Virus record (IMG/VR): IMGVR_UViG_3300029199_000002
From: a virus
DNA length: 64,000 nucleotides
Direction: 5' to 3' (one strand)
Under the pieces are notes generated by a model. It was not told the origin of the DNA. It saw nothing but the letters and a program-made list of their open reading frames with translations, and did not search any database. Each line of letters opens with the position of its first letter. Positions within the stretch are counted from its first letter, which is position 1. This document shows, piece by piece, positions 26,215 to 35,443 of this stretch. Made by a program: the position numbers and the translations under genes.

Positions 26215-28421
26215 AACTCATACGCCTCACATGCAAAAACTTCAAAAAGCTCAGCGACTTCACCGCCAACTTCGAAGACGGCCTGAACGTCATCGTCGGC
26301 GAGAACGCCCAAGGCAAGTCCACACTGCTGCAGGCAATCGAAGCAGCACTGTTCGGCGTTACCGTTGTGCCGGGCAAGAAAGAGAACATTCCGACGTGGG
26401 GGCAGACGACTTTCGGGCTGGAGCTGACTTTTCAGACCTCGACTGATCACTACTACGTCCTAACTCGCAGCAAGACCACTGCCAAGCTGTTGCGCTACAG
26501 CGATGAGCTTCCGGTTGGTGAGCTCGTCGCCAACGGCAACACCCCAGTCACTGCCTACATCGAGGAGCTGCTGGGCCTCAACGCCAAGGACTTCAACCTG
26601 TTCGTCCAGAGCAAGCAGGGCGAGACTTCCGGCGTGCTGACCTTCGGCGCCACGGCGCTGAACAACAAGGTCGAGGAGTTCGCCGGCATCAGTCTGATCG
26701 ACGAAGTGAAGAGCCGTGCACAGTCGCTGGCCCTCTCTGAGAAGGCTGCTGCAGATGCTAAGGCGGTCAGCGATGAGGATATGGTAGAAGCTGTGCAGCA
26801 ATTTCTTACTTCACAGGAGGAGCGTGACGGAGCGGCTGAGTCGTACGAAGCCGCCAGGCTTGTCTTGGACAACTACCCTGCCCTGACCGCCCAGAAGCCC
26901 CCTGTGAGCAGCGAAACGCTTCGGGCGGTCCAACGAGACGCTCAGAGGGCTGAAAGCGCGCTACGGGAAGCTGAGCAGGCTCTCAGCCACAAGCGCGAAG
27001 CCCTTGCCATTGCCAAGCAGGCGCTGGCTGAGTGTGAGGAACCTGTTGAGGTTGACGGGATACAGGTCGAGGTCACCGAGAAGGGCTTGGTTCTTCGCCA
27101 GAAGCGTGCCCGACTGGCTGATGTGCAGGAAGAGTTGGCTGCAGGTGTTCGGGCGGAGGCTGAGCACGAACAGGCGCTGACAGCGCGGAACGCCATCGAG
27201 CCGGTAACCTTGGGGCTACTGGAGCAGCACGAGAAAACCCTAGCACACTACGCCGGCGAAGCGGCGCGTCACCGCGAACTGATCGCCGTGACCAAGTCCA
27301 AGCTGGCCTCGCTGCGAAAGCTGGAGAAGGATGCCACCTGTCCAACTTGCGGCACGGCATTGGCAGAGCACGATCCGGACGCGCTGGCCGAAGAGATCGC
27401 GATGCTCGAGAAGGAAATCAGCGACCTCGGCGTTGCCCTTTCACTCGACACCGCTGGTGAGCAAGAAGGTGCGAAGACCCTCGCCGCGTTGCGCAAGCGG
27501 ATCGACCAACGTGAGACCAAGCAGGTTGAGGTCGAGAAGTGGGCCACCAAACTGGTTGATTCCTCAGTCCTGAATGACCTTCGCGGCGAGCTCGTCTCGT
27601 TGCAGGGTGTGATCGAGCAGCTGCAGGGCGAGATTGCCGGACTGAAGGCGAAGATTGAATCCGCTGAGCAAACCAACGAGCGTCACGCCTCGGCTCTTCG
27701 TCGACTGGCCAAGGCCGAAACCGAGGAAGGGGCTGCAGACATCACCGTAGGCAAGCTGCGGATGGCCCTGACGGTTACCGTACCGTCAGACGAGGACATC
27801 GCCCTGGCTGTCGAGGCTGAAACCGCCTACGTCGCAGCCGAACAGGCGTGGAAGGAAGGTAAGAGGTCCGCTGAGTACGCTTTGGAGCTGGCTGGGCAGC
27901 GGCTCAAAACAGCTGAGAAAGAGTTCGCCCGCGCAGGTGACCTCCGAAAGCTGCTGGCAGGGAATTCCGACAAGGCGCGTGAGCACGCCATGAAGGCAGA
28001 CAAGGCCAGCCGGCTGGCCCGCTTCCTCGCTGAGAAGCGTCAATCCTATCTGCGTGACGTGTGGGACACCGTGTTAGCTGCAGCGTCCCGCCAGGTGCAG
28101 GTGGCCACCCGCGGCACGATTACCCGCATCACCAACGACGGCGAGTTCGGCTTCGAAGAAGACGGCGTGGTCGCGCCGGTAGCTTCGGCGTCCGGCGCCC
28201 AGAAGGCATTCATCGGATCTGCCGTTCGCATCGGCCTGGCACGGGCGCTCTACGGATCTGACAGCCTGCTGATATTCGATGAGCCTACCGAGTCCATGAG
28301 CGAGAAGAACGCCAGCGGCCTAGCAGCGTCCCTCACCAGTGCCGCTCGCCAACTGTTGCTAATCACCCACCGCGAGCAGGATCAGAACCTGGCCGCGAAC
28401 ATCATTCAAGTAGGAGTTTGA
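26211..28421 (+). CDS. Rad50/SbcC-like SMC ATPase
   Basis: GENAQGKSTL, coiled coil with CPTC zinc hook, SGAQ signature, LIFDEPT, ITH. Confidence 0.93.
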   Translation: MKLIRLTCKNFKKLSDFTANFEDGLNVIVGENAQGKSTLLQAIEAALFGVTVVPGKKENIPTWGQTTFGLELTFQTSTDHYYVLTRSKTTAKLLRYSDELPVGELVANGNTPVTAYIEELLGLNAKDFNLFVQSKQGETSGVLTFGATALNNKVEEFAGISLIDEVKSRAQSLALSEKAAADAKAVSDEDMVEAVQQFLTSQEERDGAAESYEAARLVLDNYPALTAQKPPVSSETLRAVQRDAQRAESALREAEQALSHKREALAIAKQALAECEEPVEVDGIQVEVTEKGLVLRQKRARLADVQEELAAGVRAEAEHEQALTARNAIEPVTLGLLEQHEKTLAHYAGEAARHRELIAVTKSKLASLRKLEKDATCPTCGTALAEHDPDALAEEIAMLEKEISDLGVALSLDTAGEQEGAKTLAALRKRIDQRETKQVEVEKWATKLVDSSVLNDLRGELVSLQGVIEQLQGEIAGLKAKIESAEQTNERHASALRRLAKAETEEGAADITVGKLRMALTVTVPSDEDIALAVEAETAYVAAEQAWKEGKRSAEYALELAGQRLKTAEKEFARAGDLRKLLAGNSDKAREHAMKADKASRLARFLAEKRQSYLRDVWDTVLAAASRQVQVATRGTITRITNDGEFGFEEDGVVAPVASASGAQKAFIGSAVRIGLARALYGSDSLLIFDEPTESMSEKNASGLAASLTSAARQLLLITHREQDQNLAANIIQVGV

Positions 28422-28894
28422 ACATGAACCAGGCAGTGGATATGAACCAGGCAGTGAACATGGGTACGAACCTAAAAGTGAAGCGCCTTGATGAGCGCGC
28501 CCAACTACCAACATACGGCACGGGTGGCGCAGCCTGCTTTGACTTGTATGCCATTCAGAGTGGGGTTGCTTACTCAGGCGGAAGCGTCCTCATCCGGACA
28601 GGACTATCCTTCGACATCCCGGAAGGGTGGGCGATGCTGGTCTACTCTCGCAGCGGTCATGGCTTTAAAAACGCCATTCGCCTGGCCAACTGTACGGGCG
28701 TGATCGACTCCGACTACACCGGCGAAGTAATGGTCAAGCTGGCCAACGATTCGGATTTCTCGTTCACGGTCACTGCCGGTGACCGTGTTGCGCAGGCGAT
28801 GCTGGTACCGGTGAAGCGGTTCTCGTTTGTGGAAGTGGGTGAGCTGAAGGAGACGGAACGAGGAGAAGGCGGATTCGGGAGCACTGGAAAGTGA
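28418..28894 (+). CDS. dut: trimeric dUTPase
   Basis: AACFDL, RSG, GVIDSDYTGE, GDRVAQ, RGEGGFGSTG. Confidence 0.96.
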   Translation: MNMNQAVDMNQAVNMGTNLKVKRLDERAQLPTYGTGGAACFDLYAIQSGVAYSGGSVLIRTGLSFDIPEGWAMLVYSRSGHGFKNAIRLANCTGVIDSDYTGEVMVKLANDSDFSFTVTAGDRVAQAMLVPVKRFSFVEVGELKETERGEGGFGSTGK

Positions 28895-29091
28895 GCTGCC
28901 AATGCCAAGCGGTACACTTGAACCCGGCTGATCATTTGCCGCCTGTGGCGTGCCCGATCGTGATAGAGGTCGACGGCAAGCTACTGCGTGCGGAACGCAC
29001 CGGATTCATCGAGCAGCGTGACCGCAGCATGGAATACGAGCTGGGTGACGGATCAAAGATTCTCGGCCGACATCCCTGGACCTTTCCTTAA
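28891..29091 (+). CDS. hypothetical protein (66 aa)
   Basis: GTGA overlap with dut; last gene of + strand block. Confidence 0.6.
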   Translation: MSCQCQAVHLNPADHLPPVACPIVIEVDGKLLRAERTGFIEQRDRSMEYELGDGSKILGRHPWTFP

Positions 29092-29417
29092 TCGTCAGGC
29101 TTCTGATTAGCCCGCAACAACGCCGGGATGGTGTTCTTCGCAACGGAGATCACCATCTCGAACCCCTTCAAACCGGTGGCACCTATCAGCAGGACTACCG
29201 CGTCTCTATTCGCCCATTCTGGCGAGACAATCCCCCCGAACAACATACCCAGGTAAAACCCAACGATGACTGTGCACGCCAGGACCAGCGACGACAGCGG
29301 CTGCCCGTCGTTACGTGCGATCTGCCAGAGGTAGCCGACAAGCGCCGCGAAAGAGCCGAGCGTGCCGAAATAGAGGTAGGTCTGGGCCTTCTCGAACCAC
29401 TCAGGAGGAATCTTCAA
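29088..29417 (-). CDS. putative holin (2-3 TM segments)
   Basis: hydrophobic segments, charged C-terminus, lysis cassette context. Confidence 0.6.
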   Translation of the reverse strand: MKIPPEWFEKAQTYLYFGTLGSFAALVGYLWQIARNDGQPLSSLVLACTVIVGFYLGMLFGGIVSPEWANRDAVVLLIGATGLKGFEMVISVAKNTIPALLRANQKPDD

Positions 29418-29427
29418 GAGTGGTTCC

Positions 29428-29751
29428 TTACTGCTCAGTCTGGCAGGCGTCTTTCGTAATCAGGTCAAGAACCAGCCAGTAAGCTGCGCAATTGCTGAGA
29501 ACAAACATCTGGAAAACCCTCATTGACATAAGGGTCTTTCCGTATACCTGCAGCACGTAGAGGTTGGCTGCCATAAAGGTGAGGGTGCATACCGTAATCA
29601 GCAGCAGGATGGCTGCCAGTCGCGCCTCCTTGACTCTGTCCTCCATCCCATAGACCTTACGCCATGCGAAGAACAGCTTAGCCAGTAGGGCTGTGTAGAG
29701 GAGGAATGGTACGGCGGCGACGAGGAGGTCTGTTGCGCTTTCAGCGTTCAT
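29428..29751 (-). CDS. membrane protein, holin/antiholin candidate (about 3 TM)
   Basis: three hydrophobic stretches; directly after endolysin. Confidence 0.55.
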   Translation of the reverse strand: MNAESATDLLVAAVPFLLYTALLAKLFFAWRKVYGMEDRVKEARLAAILLLITVCTLTFMAANLYVLQVYGKTLMSMRVFQMFVLSNCAAYWLVLDLITKDACQTEQ

Positions 29752-30209
29752 GCCGGGTACTCCTTTCGGTCAAGCTCGAAGTGTGGACCGTCTATGAAGG
29801 CGCTACGCCCTATTGCCCGGCGTGACTTGACGTAGTCGGCTACAGCTTGTTTAGTGTCGGATAAGGTGTTCAGCCTCTTGTCCCACACACCCCCCCATAC
29901 TATCGGGACGCCCAACTCCGACGCTGCGCCGCTCACAGCTTCGGCGATGCTGTAGTAGTGCTCCCACTCCCACGATGTCTTACCGTCCACCCAAGCCCCC
30001 AGGTCGACTGCGTGGCCGGTGATATGTCTGCCGTCCAAGGTCTTTGAGGCTCCTGATGCAACCAACTGCTTCTGCCTGGTAGCAGATCGCAACCCTTCGA
30101 GAACACTGAAGTCCACGGACGTTTTACGAATGGCAAGGCGAACGACTCGTTGAAGGTCAGGGTGAAGACCTGCCAGACGATCTTCACTTCGCCGACTGAG
30201 GTTGAACAT
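29748..30209 (-). CDS. endolysin, M15 L-Ala-D-Glu peptidase (T5-like)
   Basis: LHPDL..V...AI, EGLRS..RQ, S.TL..RH.TGHAVD, DGPHFE; probable start MFNLS (frame stays open further upstream). Confidence 0.9.
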   Translation of the reverse strand: MFNLSRRSEDRLAGLHPDLQRVVRLAIRKTSVDFSVLEGLRSATRQKQLVASGASKTLDGRHITGHAVDLGAWVDGKTSWEWEHYYSIAEAVSGAASELGVPIVWGGVWDKRLNTLSDTKQAVADYVKSRRAIGRSAFIDGPHFELDRKEYPA

Positions 30210-30504
30210 CAGAAGGAGTCCCTTGAGGGGCGGCCCACGCGCGCCAGGCTTCATCCCTGGTCTTGAGCGTACGCAGGAGCGCCTTGAGGTAGTTAAGGTC
30301 ACGCTCAGCAAGAGCAGCGTGTGCGGATGGATCTGACGGGGCTATAAAAACTGGTAGGTATTCTGGCGTGTACCTATTGGATAGCCACTGCGGCGCCTGC
30401 CGCTGAATAGGTACTGGCACACTTACTTCGAAGGGGCGGTCGACGTACTTAGTGGAGGAACATCCCGTAACGACTAAGGCAAGGAAAACAGCGACTCTAG
30501 CCAC
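30184..30504 (-). CDS. o-spanin (Rz1-like lipoprotein)
   Basis: lipobox VVTGC, Pro-rich; overlaps i-spanin 3' end. Confidence 0.8.
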   Translation of the reverse strand: MARVAVFLALVVTGCSSTKYVDRPFEVSVPVPIQRQAPQWLSNRYTPEYLPVFIAPSDPSAHAALAERDLNYLKALLRTLKTRDEAWRAWAAPQGTPSDVQPQSAK

Positions 30505-30815
30505 TGGTTCATCTCCCTTGGGGCGGTACCGGCTGCTCTGTCCTGCTTGATTAGTGAAGGAAGGGCAGCATGGATATTTTCGGCGCGAGCACCGGCTGCA
30601 ACTTCTTCTGCAACCGCAGCAGCAGCGAGGCCCGCGACGGCGGCGTTCTGCCGACCCACCGCGTCCCTCATAGCCTTGGCTGACTCCTCCAGTTGCTGGA
30701 TCTTGCCATTAGCTGTCCCTATCTCTTCTCGCAGAGTCCCCAGCTCCGTCAGCAGGTACCACACCAAAAGCACGGTAGCTGCTGGGATTAAGTAGGATTT
30801 CCAGTCGAACGTCAT
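30474..30815 (-). CDS. i-spanin (Rz-like)
   Basis: N-terminal TM followed by Ala-rich coiled coil. Confidence 0.75.
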   Translation of the reverse strand: MTFDWKSYLIPAATVLLVWYLLTELGTLREEIGTANGKIQQLEESAKAMRDAVGRQNAAVAGLAAAAVAEEVAAGARAENIHAALPSLIKQDRAAGTAPREMNQWLESLFSLP

Positions 30816-30889
30816 AAGAAATGGCCGGTCAGGGGTATAGCAATAATACAGCAACCCATATTTACAGGCGAACCATATTTACAGGACCG

Positions 30890-33535
30890 CTAGTCGTAAA
30901 AATCCCGGTAGACGTCCAATGGGTACGATTCCCCAATTTTTCGCGCCCAGCTGTTCTCGTCCGGAAAGGGGGTGATGGTCACACTTTTCACATCCATCCA
31001 CTCTTCTGTGAAGTTCGCCGACTTTCCTGCCCAGTGGTTGTTAGTGGCGGACGGGAACCACAGACCGACCCAGAACCTGCCTGGAATGTCTGGAATGGTC
31101 GTTGAAACGATGTGTTTCAGGTGTCCGTCGATATAGAACTCCACACGCGGGTTGTCCCCCAAGTGCCAGTCAAATCGGAACTCATGAAACTGTCCGTCAT
31201 TGGTCTGCACACCGTGGTCTATAAAGTCGTCCGTGTACTCGGTCCAGTAGGACGGATCATTTTCACTGACATCCCAATTCCGGTTCTCTCCGAACCAAGT
31301 GTTGAATCGGCCGTTACGGTAGCTGACCACCTCCATGTCTGGTGCTCCCTTCAACGCTGTCGGGATCTCGATGTCTATTTCATGGTTGCGGACGGTGTAA
31401 TAACCGTCCTCCAGATTACCCCCGCGCCGGATTCCTTCTGCAATGTGCTCGTTGTAGACGGGGTGACCTGGGTACCCTTCTTCGTAGTGAAACGTCCAGA
31501 ACGCAGTGACCACTCCGTCGTGAATAGGGAGCTTCGCAACTACGCGGTAACTGCCAGGTCCGTAGTAATGATGAGTAGCGAAACACCCACCAATTCGCGT
31601 TGCCATTGTGGTTCGCTTGCCAACGCGGTCTACTCCGCGCAGCGGACCTGTGTACAGATCTCCGCACGCCCTGATTCGGAGTAGGCCCGCCTCCTGGTCG
31701 TGGATGATGTTTTCATGGATTACCCCTCCGTTTTTTCCGCCCCACTGCTTGTGGGCGCGAATTAACTTGCGCCGAATTTCCTCTTTAGGTGTCGTGGCGA
31801 AATCAATGGCCAGCGGCTCTGTTGTCCACTCAAACGGCGAGATCGTGAATCGTTTCTTCGCGGTGTCTTTCCCGGAGCGACGAAGGTATACGTCATACTC
31901 CCCGGGTGGCAGGTTTGGTACTGTTTGCGTGATCTGCGTATCAGTTGATTTGAGGATGCAGTAGTTGACCTTCGTCTCAACTCCGGTTGATAAATTCTTC
32001 CAGAGCAGCGACACCTCGAAATTAGGGTCGATAAGAGAGTCCTGGACATCCGACCGGTAGAAGTCGTACCCCCTGATGAAGAAACTGCGCACAAAGCCAT
32101 TGAAGTAGTCGTAGCCATCTTCAGTTGGCAGAAGTGAACGAGGAACTTCAGCAGCGTCCGGGTTCTGGTACACCCAGGTCGTACGACTGACGGATACTTT
32201 GACGCTAAACGGTTTGCCCAATGTGGCGTTTGCGCGGCCCGAGATCCCGAACGTAACTGGGACCTGTATAGTGCCTACCGCGAACGGCCGGCCGCGGGAC
32301 ACCCCATTGACGAAGAGTTCAATCTGCCCGTTGTCGCTATCGTAGAGCAGTCCGATGATCGAGTTGTCTGGGATGGCAGTCTTCCAAGCGGTCCCGCCAC
32401 CCGTCTGATGGTTAAACATTCGGCCGTTAATGGTGTTGCACGCCCACCCAATAACCCCTAGTGGCTCTGTAAGGGGTACGTCAGTGTCAGCTACCCCGAT
32501 CTGCACGTCGTAGGAGTTACGGTTGGCCACCTCGATGTAGTAGAGACCAGTCCCTGGTTCCATAACCTCGCTGCCTAGCGCGGTGTAGTAGTTGGCAGTA
32601 TTGTGATACAGCTCTTCCGGGCCGACGATAGTCATGCCAGTCCGGACATTCTCCGGCTTGAAGAATTGAGGATCCGTGGTGTAGGAGTAGCTTGATACCC
32701 CTCTTGCCAGGTAAAGGGCGGATGCGGCTTCAGGTACATTCGGGGTGAAGTACGGAACTCCGCTTGCAGTTGAAATAGTCGCCCCATCATCCGCCTTCAT
32801 AGTCAGTGTGTAAGGCGGGCCCGGGTAATGGCGTACCCAGCACCCCGACCACTGCCCGACCTTGACTTGGCCAGGTAGCACGAGCCGCTTTACACTGGCC
32901 CCCTTCCAGGTGAACACCAGATCGCCGTTCGACTCAACATGAAGTGACACGTAGCGATCGTAAGCTGCTCCATAGAACAGTGTTTGCTTTTGCCCTGCTG
33001 GGGGCAGTGACATCGGGCAGAACTGGAGCCCGAAAAGCCACATGGCTGCGCCAGTCGACAGGCCTAGCATTCCGCGCAGGTCGATGCCACCCTCTGCGTC
33101 TGTCGGCACGCGCACATACTGCCGAAGCGCTGGATCGAATCGTATTGCATTGCCGCCGGCGTAAGAACCTGCCACCGGCGCAGCGTCTGCAGGCATTGGC
33201 TTGAGGCTGGCTCCGTTCTCGATGTTCTCCACGAATCCGCGGACCATCGGGTAGAAGTAGTAGTTCGATGGGATTGGCTTCGCAACCTGCCCAAGGTTCT
33301 CTCCGGTAAGGATCAGCTCCCCCTGCCACGGAGTTCCGCCTCGGTATGAAAGCTCGCTGAGCACGGCAGTCGACGCAGAGTCTGACGTCTCGTTGTCGAA
33401 CACCTCCGTCCAGCGGCCTTCATATCCCACCAGCTTCGCGTGTGCGCGCTTCCACACTCCGCCGTGCTCGGCGTACATATCCCTGGCCTTGATCCACCAG
33501 CCGTCGTGCTCGTAGAAGATGTTGTTCTTAGACAA
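30890..33535 (-). CDS. receptor-binding/tail protein with LamG-like, SPRY-like and C-terminal GH16 glycoside hydrolase domains
   Basis: YYIEV..IGVA..IIGLLYDSDNGQIELFVNG (SPRY-like); GVVTAFW, HEIDIE, FHEFRFDW..VEFYIDG (GH16); probable TTG start after GAGGAG. Confidence 0.75.
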   Translation of the reverse strand: MSKNNIFYEHDGWWIKARDMYAEHGGVWKRAHAKLVGYEGRWTEVFDNETSDSASTAVLSELSYRGGTPWQGELILTGENLGQVAKPIPSNYYFYPMVRGFVENIENGASLKPMPADAAPVAGSYAGGNAIRFDPALRQYVRVPTDAEGGIDLRGMLGLSTGAAMWLFGLQFCPMSLPPAGQKQTLFYGAAYDRYVSLHVESNGDLVFTWKGASVKRLVLPGQVKVGQWSGCWVRHYPGPPYTLTMKADDGATISTASGVPYFTPNVPEAASALYLARGVSSYSYTTDPQFFKPENVRTGMTIVGPEELYHNTANYYTALGSEVMEPGTGLYYIEVANRNSYDVQIGVADTDVPLTEPLGVIGWACNTINGRMFNHQTGGGTAWKTAIPDNSIIGLLYDSDNGQIELFVNGVSRGRPFAVGTIQVPVTFGISGRANATLGKPFSVKVSVSRTTWVYQNPDAAEVPRSLLPTEDGYDYFNGFVRSFFIRGYDFYRSDVQDSLIDPNFEVSLLWKNLSTGVETKVNYCILKSTDTQITQTVPNLPPGEYDVYLRRSGKDTAKKRFTISPFEWTTEPLAIDFATTPKEEIRRKLIRAHKQWGGKNGGVIHENIIHDQEAGLLRIRACGDLYTGPLRGVDRVGKRTTMATRIGGCFATHHYYGPGSYRVVAKLPIHDGVVTAFWTFHYEEGYPGHPVYNEHIAEGIRRGGNLEDGYYTVRNHEIDIEIPTALKGAPDMEVVSYRNGRFNTWFGENRNWDVSENDPSYWTEYTDDFIDHGVQTNDGQFHEFRFDWHLGDNPRVEFYIDGHLKHIVSTTIPDIPGRFWVGLWFPSATNNHWAGKSANFTEEWMDVKSVTITPFPDENSWARKIGESYPLDVYRDFYD

Positions 33536-34217
33536 TGATCCACTCCTCACCTTCCCGCGGGATGCCGGACGGCGCAGATGTTGAGATGGTTCTGATCAGC
33601 TTGGATCTTGCTGCAGAGAACTCAGCCTCGAACGCGTTAATTTTCTGAACGGCCAGCGCGGAGTTTGTTTTGGCCTCGGTCATATCTCCACGAGCTGCCA
33701 ACACTTCAGCCGCCGCGGCGTCCACGCCCTGTTTCGCCGTTGCTACGTCAAGCAGGATCTGGTTCGCCTGGGCTACAGAGAATCCAACGTCTCCGGCTAG
33801 ATTTGTGACTTCGGCCCTATCGGCTGCTGCCGCAGACGCGCTGGCAGCAGCCCCCGTGGCCGCAGTTTGCGCTGCCTGCCGGTCAGCTGCAGATTGCTCG
33901 GCTGCTGCCAGCACAGAGGCCAACGCAGCGGACACCTGCGAGGCCGCTGTCTGAACTGCCGCCAGGTCTGCAGCCGTCATCGTCGCGCTGTTCGACGCTG
34001 CTGCCGCATCAGAAGCCGCGGTGGAATCATGCAGCAGGATGGCATCCAAGGCCGCCTGCGCCTGCGCGGCGTACTGGCGAGCATCTTCCACCGCGCCCGC
34101 AACAGAATAGGTTTCTCCAACTGCGTTGAGTGCTGACACTTTAAGGATCAGCGCCTCCACCTCTGCAATGAGCTGGTTCGCAGCAGCCTCGAAATTGCCG
34201 TAGCTCTCAGCGGTCAT
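33528..34217 (-). CDS. tail fibre/side-fibre shaft protein (Ala-rich coiled coil)
   Basis: heptad Ala-rich repeats; C-terminal ISTSAPSG...GEEWI. Confidence 0.65.
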   Translation of the reverse strand: MTAESYGNFEAAANQLIAEVEALILKVSALNAVGETYSVAGAVEDARQYAAQAQAALDAILLHDSTAASDAAAASNSATMTAADLAAVQTAASQVSAALASVLAAAEQSAADRQAAQTAATGAAASASAAAADRAEVTNLAGDVGFSVAQANQILLDVATAKQGVDAAAAEVLAARGDMTEAKTNSALAVQKINAFEAEFSAARSKLIRTISTSAPSGIPREGEEWIIV

Positions 34218-35065
34218 GCTGCCCCCTTTGTTTGAGAAAAGTCTGCGATGAGCATCCGCCATCGATTGAGGTCGCTAACATCGCCGGCGGGATGCTGAGC
34301 CAGTCCGAAGAAGGCAACAGACCACAGGTTGGTACGGCTGGCGTCGGGGAATCCGACGGTAACGGCTGCAGCAACTTTTTTGTCGTAGTTGCCGACATCA
34401 AGGCTGGTTCCGATACGGCCGATAGAGGCGATGAGAATTCCCTGGGTCCCGTCCGTGACCCCCCATGCGTGGTACCCTTTCGCCAGCACCTGATCTTCGT
34501 CACCAGAAACGTCACGATAGCCCCAGTAGTGGCCCATCGCATACCCACGAGTGAAATCGCTGAGCGTCCAGGTTTGTAGGAGACCTCGGAACTGCACCAC
34601 AGGCCACGCGCTGTCATAGATGACCTTGCCGGTAGGGCCGAACAGCCTCATTCCGTATTCGGCGTATCCTGCATCTCCTGCCAGGCCAAATCCGCAGACG
34701 CTGTACTCCCACCCGCTGTCGAACCCCATCTGCATTGCACTGTAGTTGTTGGCGAACAGCGCCCCGGTAATCATCACGCAGAATCCTATCCAACCTCCCG
34801 GCCTGCCACGGTGAGTGAACACGCCAATGCCCTTGTTCGCGCAACGTGGTGTGGGTATCCCGAAAACAAGCGGAGGCTCGCGAGTTTCAACCGGGTACGG
34901 GTAGGTAACCTCACAGTAGCCGTATCCCCTGCCCATAAGAGTCCCGCTGGGGTTCCTGGGTAACGTGTTTACCGTCAACTTTCCGCGGTACATTTGCGTC
35001 AGGATAGGGGAAGAGCCGTTAATAATCAGACGATTATCAGTTCCAAGCGCCGAAAATCCATACAT
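34214..35065 (-). CDS. tail tip-associated protein
   Basis: G/Y-rich, YG.RLF...G..IYDS motif, position after central fibre. Confidence 0.6.
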   Translation of the reverse strand: MYGFSALGTDNRLIINGSSPILTQMYRGKLTVNTLPRNPSGTLMGRGYGYCEVTYPYPVETREPPLVFGIPTPRCANKGIGVFTHRGRPGGWIGFCVMITGALFANNYSAMQMGFDSGWEYSVCGFGLAGDAGYAEYGMRLFGPTGKVIYDSAWPVVQFRGLLQTWTLSDFTRGYAMGHYWGYRDVSGDEDQVLAKGYHAWGVTDGTQGILIASIGRIGTSLDVGNYDKKVAAAVTVGFPDASRTNLWSVAFFGLAQHPAGDVSDLNRWRMLIADFSQTKGAA

Positions 35066-35080
35066 GAGTGTTCTGCCCTC

Positions 35081-35443
35081 TTACAGGTAGCTGAGGACAT
35101 AAACCGCGATGTCCAGCTTGCCTAAGTTGTAGGAGGTACCGCGGATAGCCACGTATCCGTCATGAACGGTGGCGTACGGAACACATGGGTAGATGTCAGG
35201 GTTACCACCTTGCGCGGGCCATGCCCCCCAACTGGCTTGATCCATGGCCACAGGGTATTCTGACAGCGGGACGACAACCGCGAACATTGCCGACGTTGCC
35301 TCCGGCATGTTGATGGTGTGGACACTGCCGGTGGCCATGTAGTCACCGTATACCACTGCGGCCCCGATCATCTTCACCGTGAAAGAGTCGGGGTCCAGCC
35401 AGCGATCGCCCTCCCCGTTGTTAACCAATATTCCCTCTGTCAT
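35081..35443 (-). CDS. tail tip-associated protein
   Basis: follows J-like gene; GILV.N..G N-terminus. Confidence 0.6.
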   Translation of the reverse strand: MTEGILVNNGEGDRWLDPDSFTVKMIGAAVVYGDYMATGSVHTINMPEATSAMFAVVVPLSEYPVAMDQASWGAWPAQGGNPDIYPCVPYATVHDGYVAIRGTSYNLGKLDIAVYVLSYL

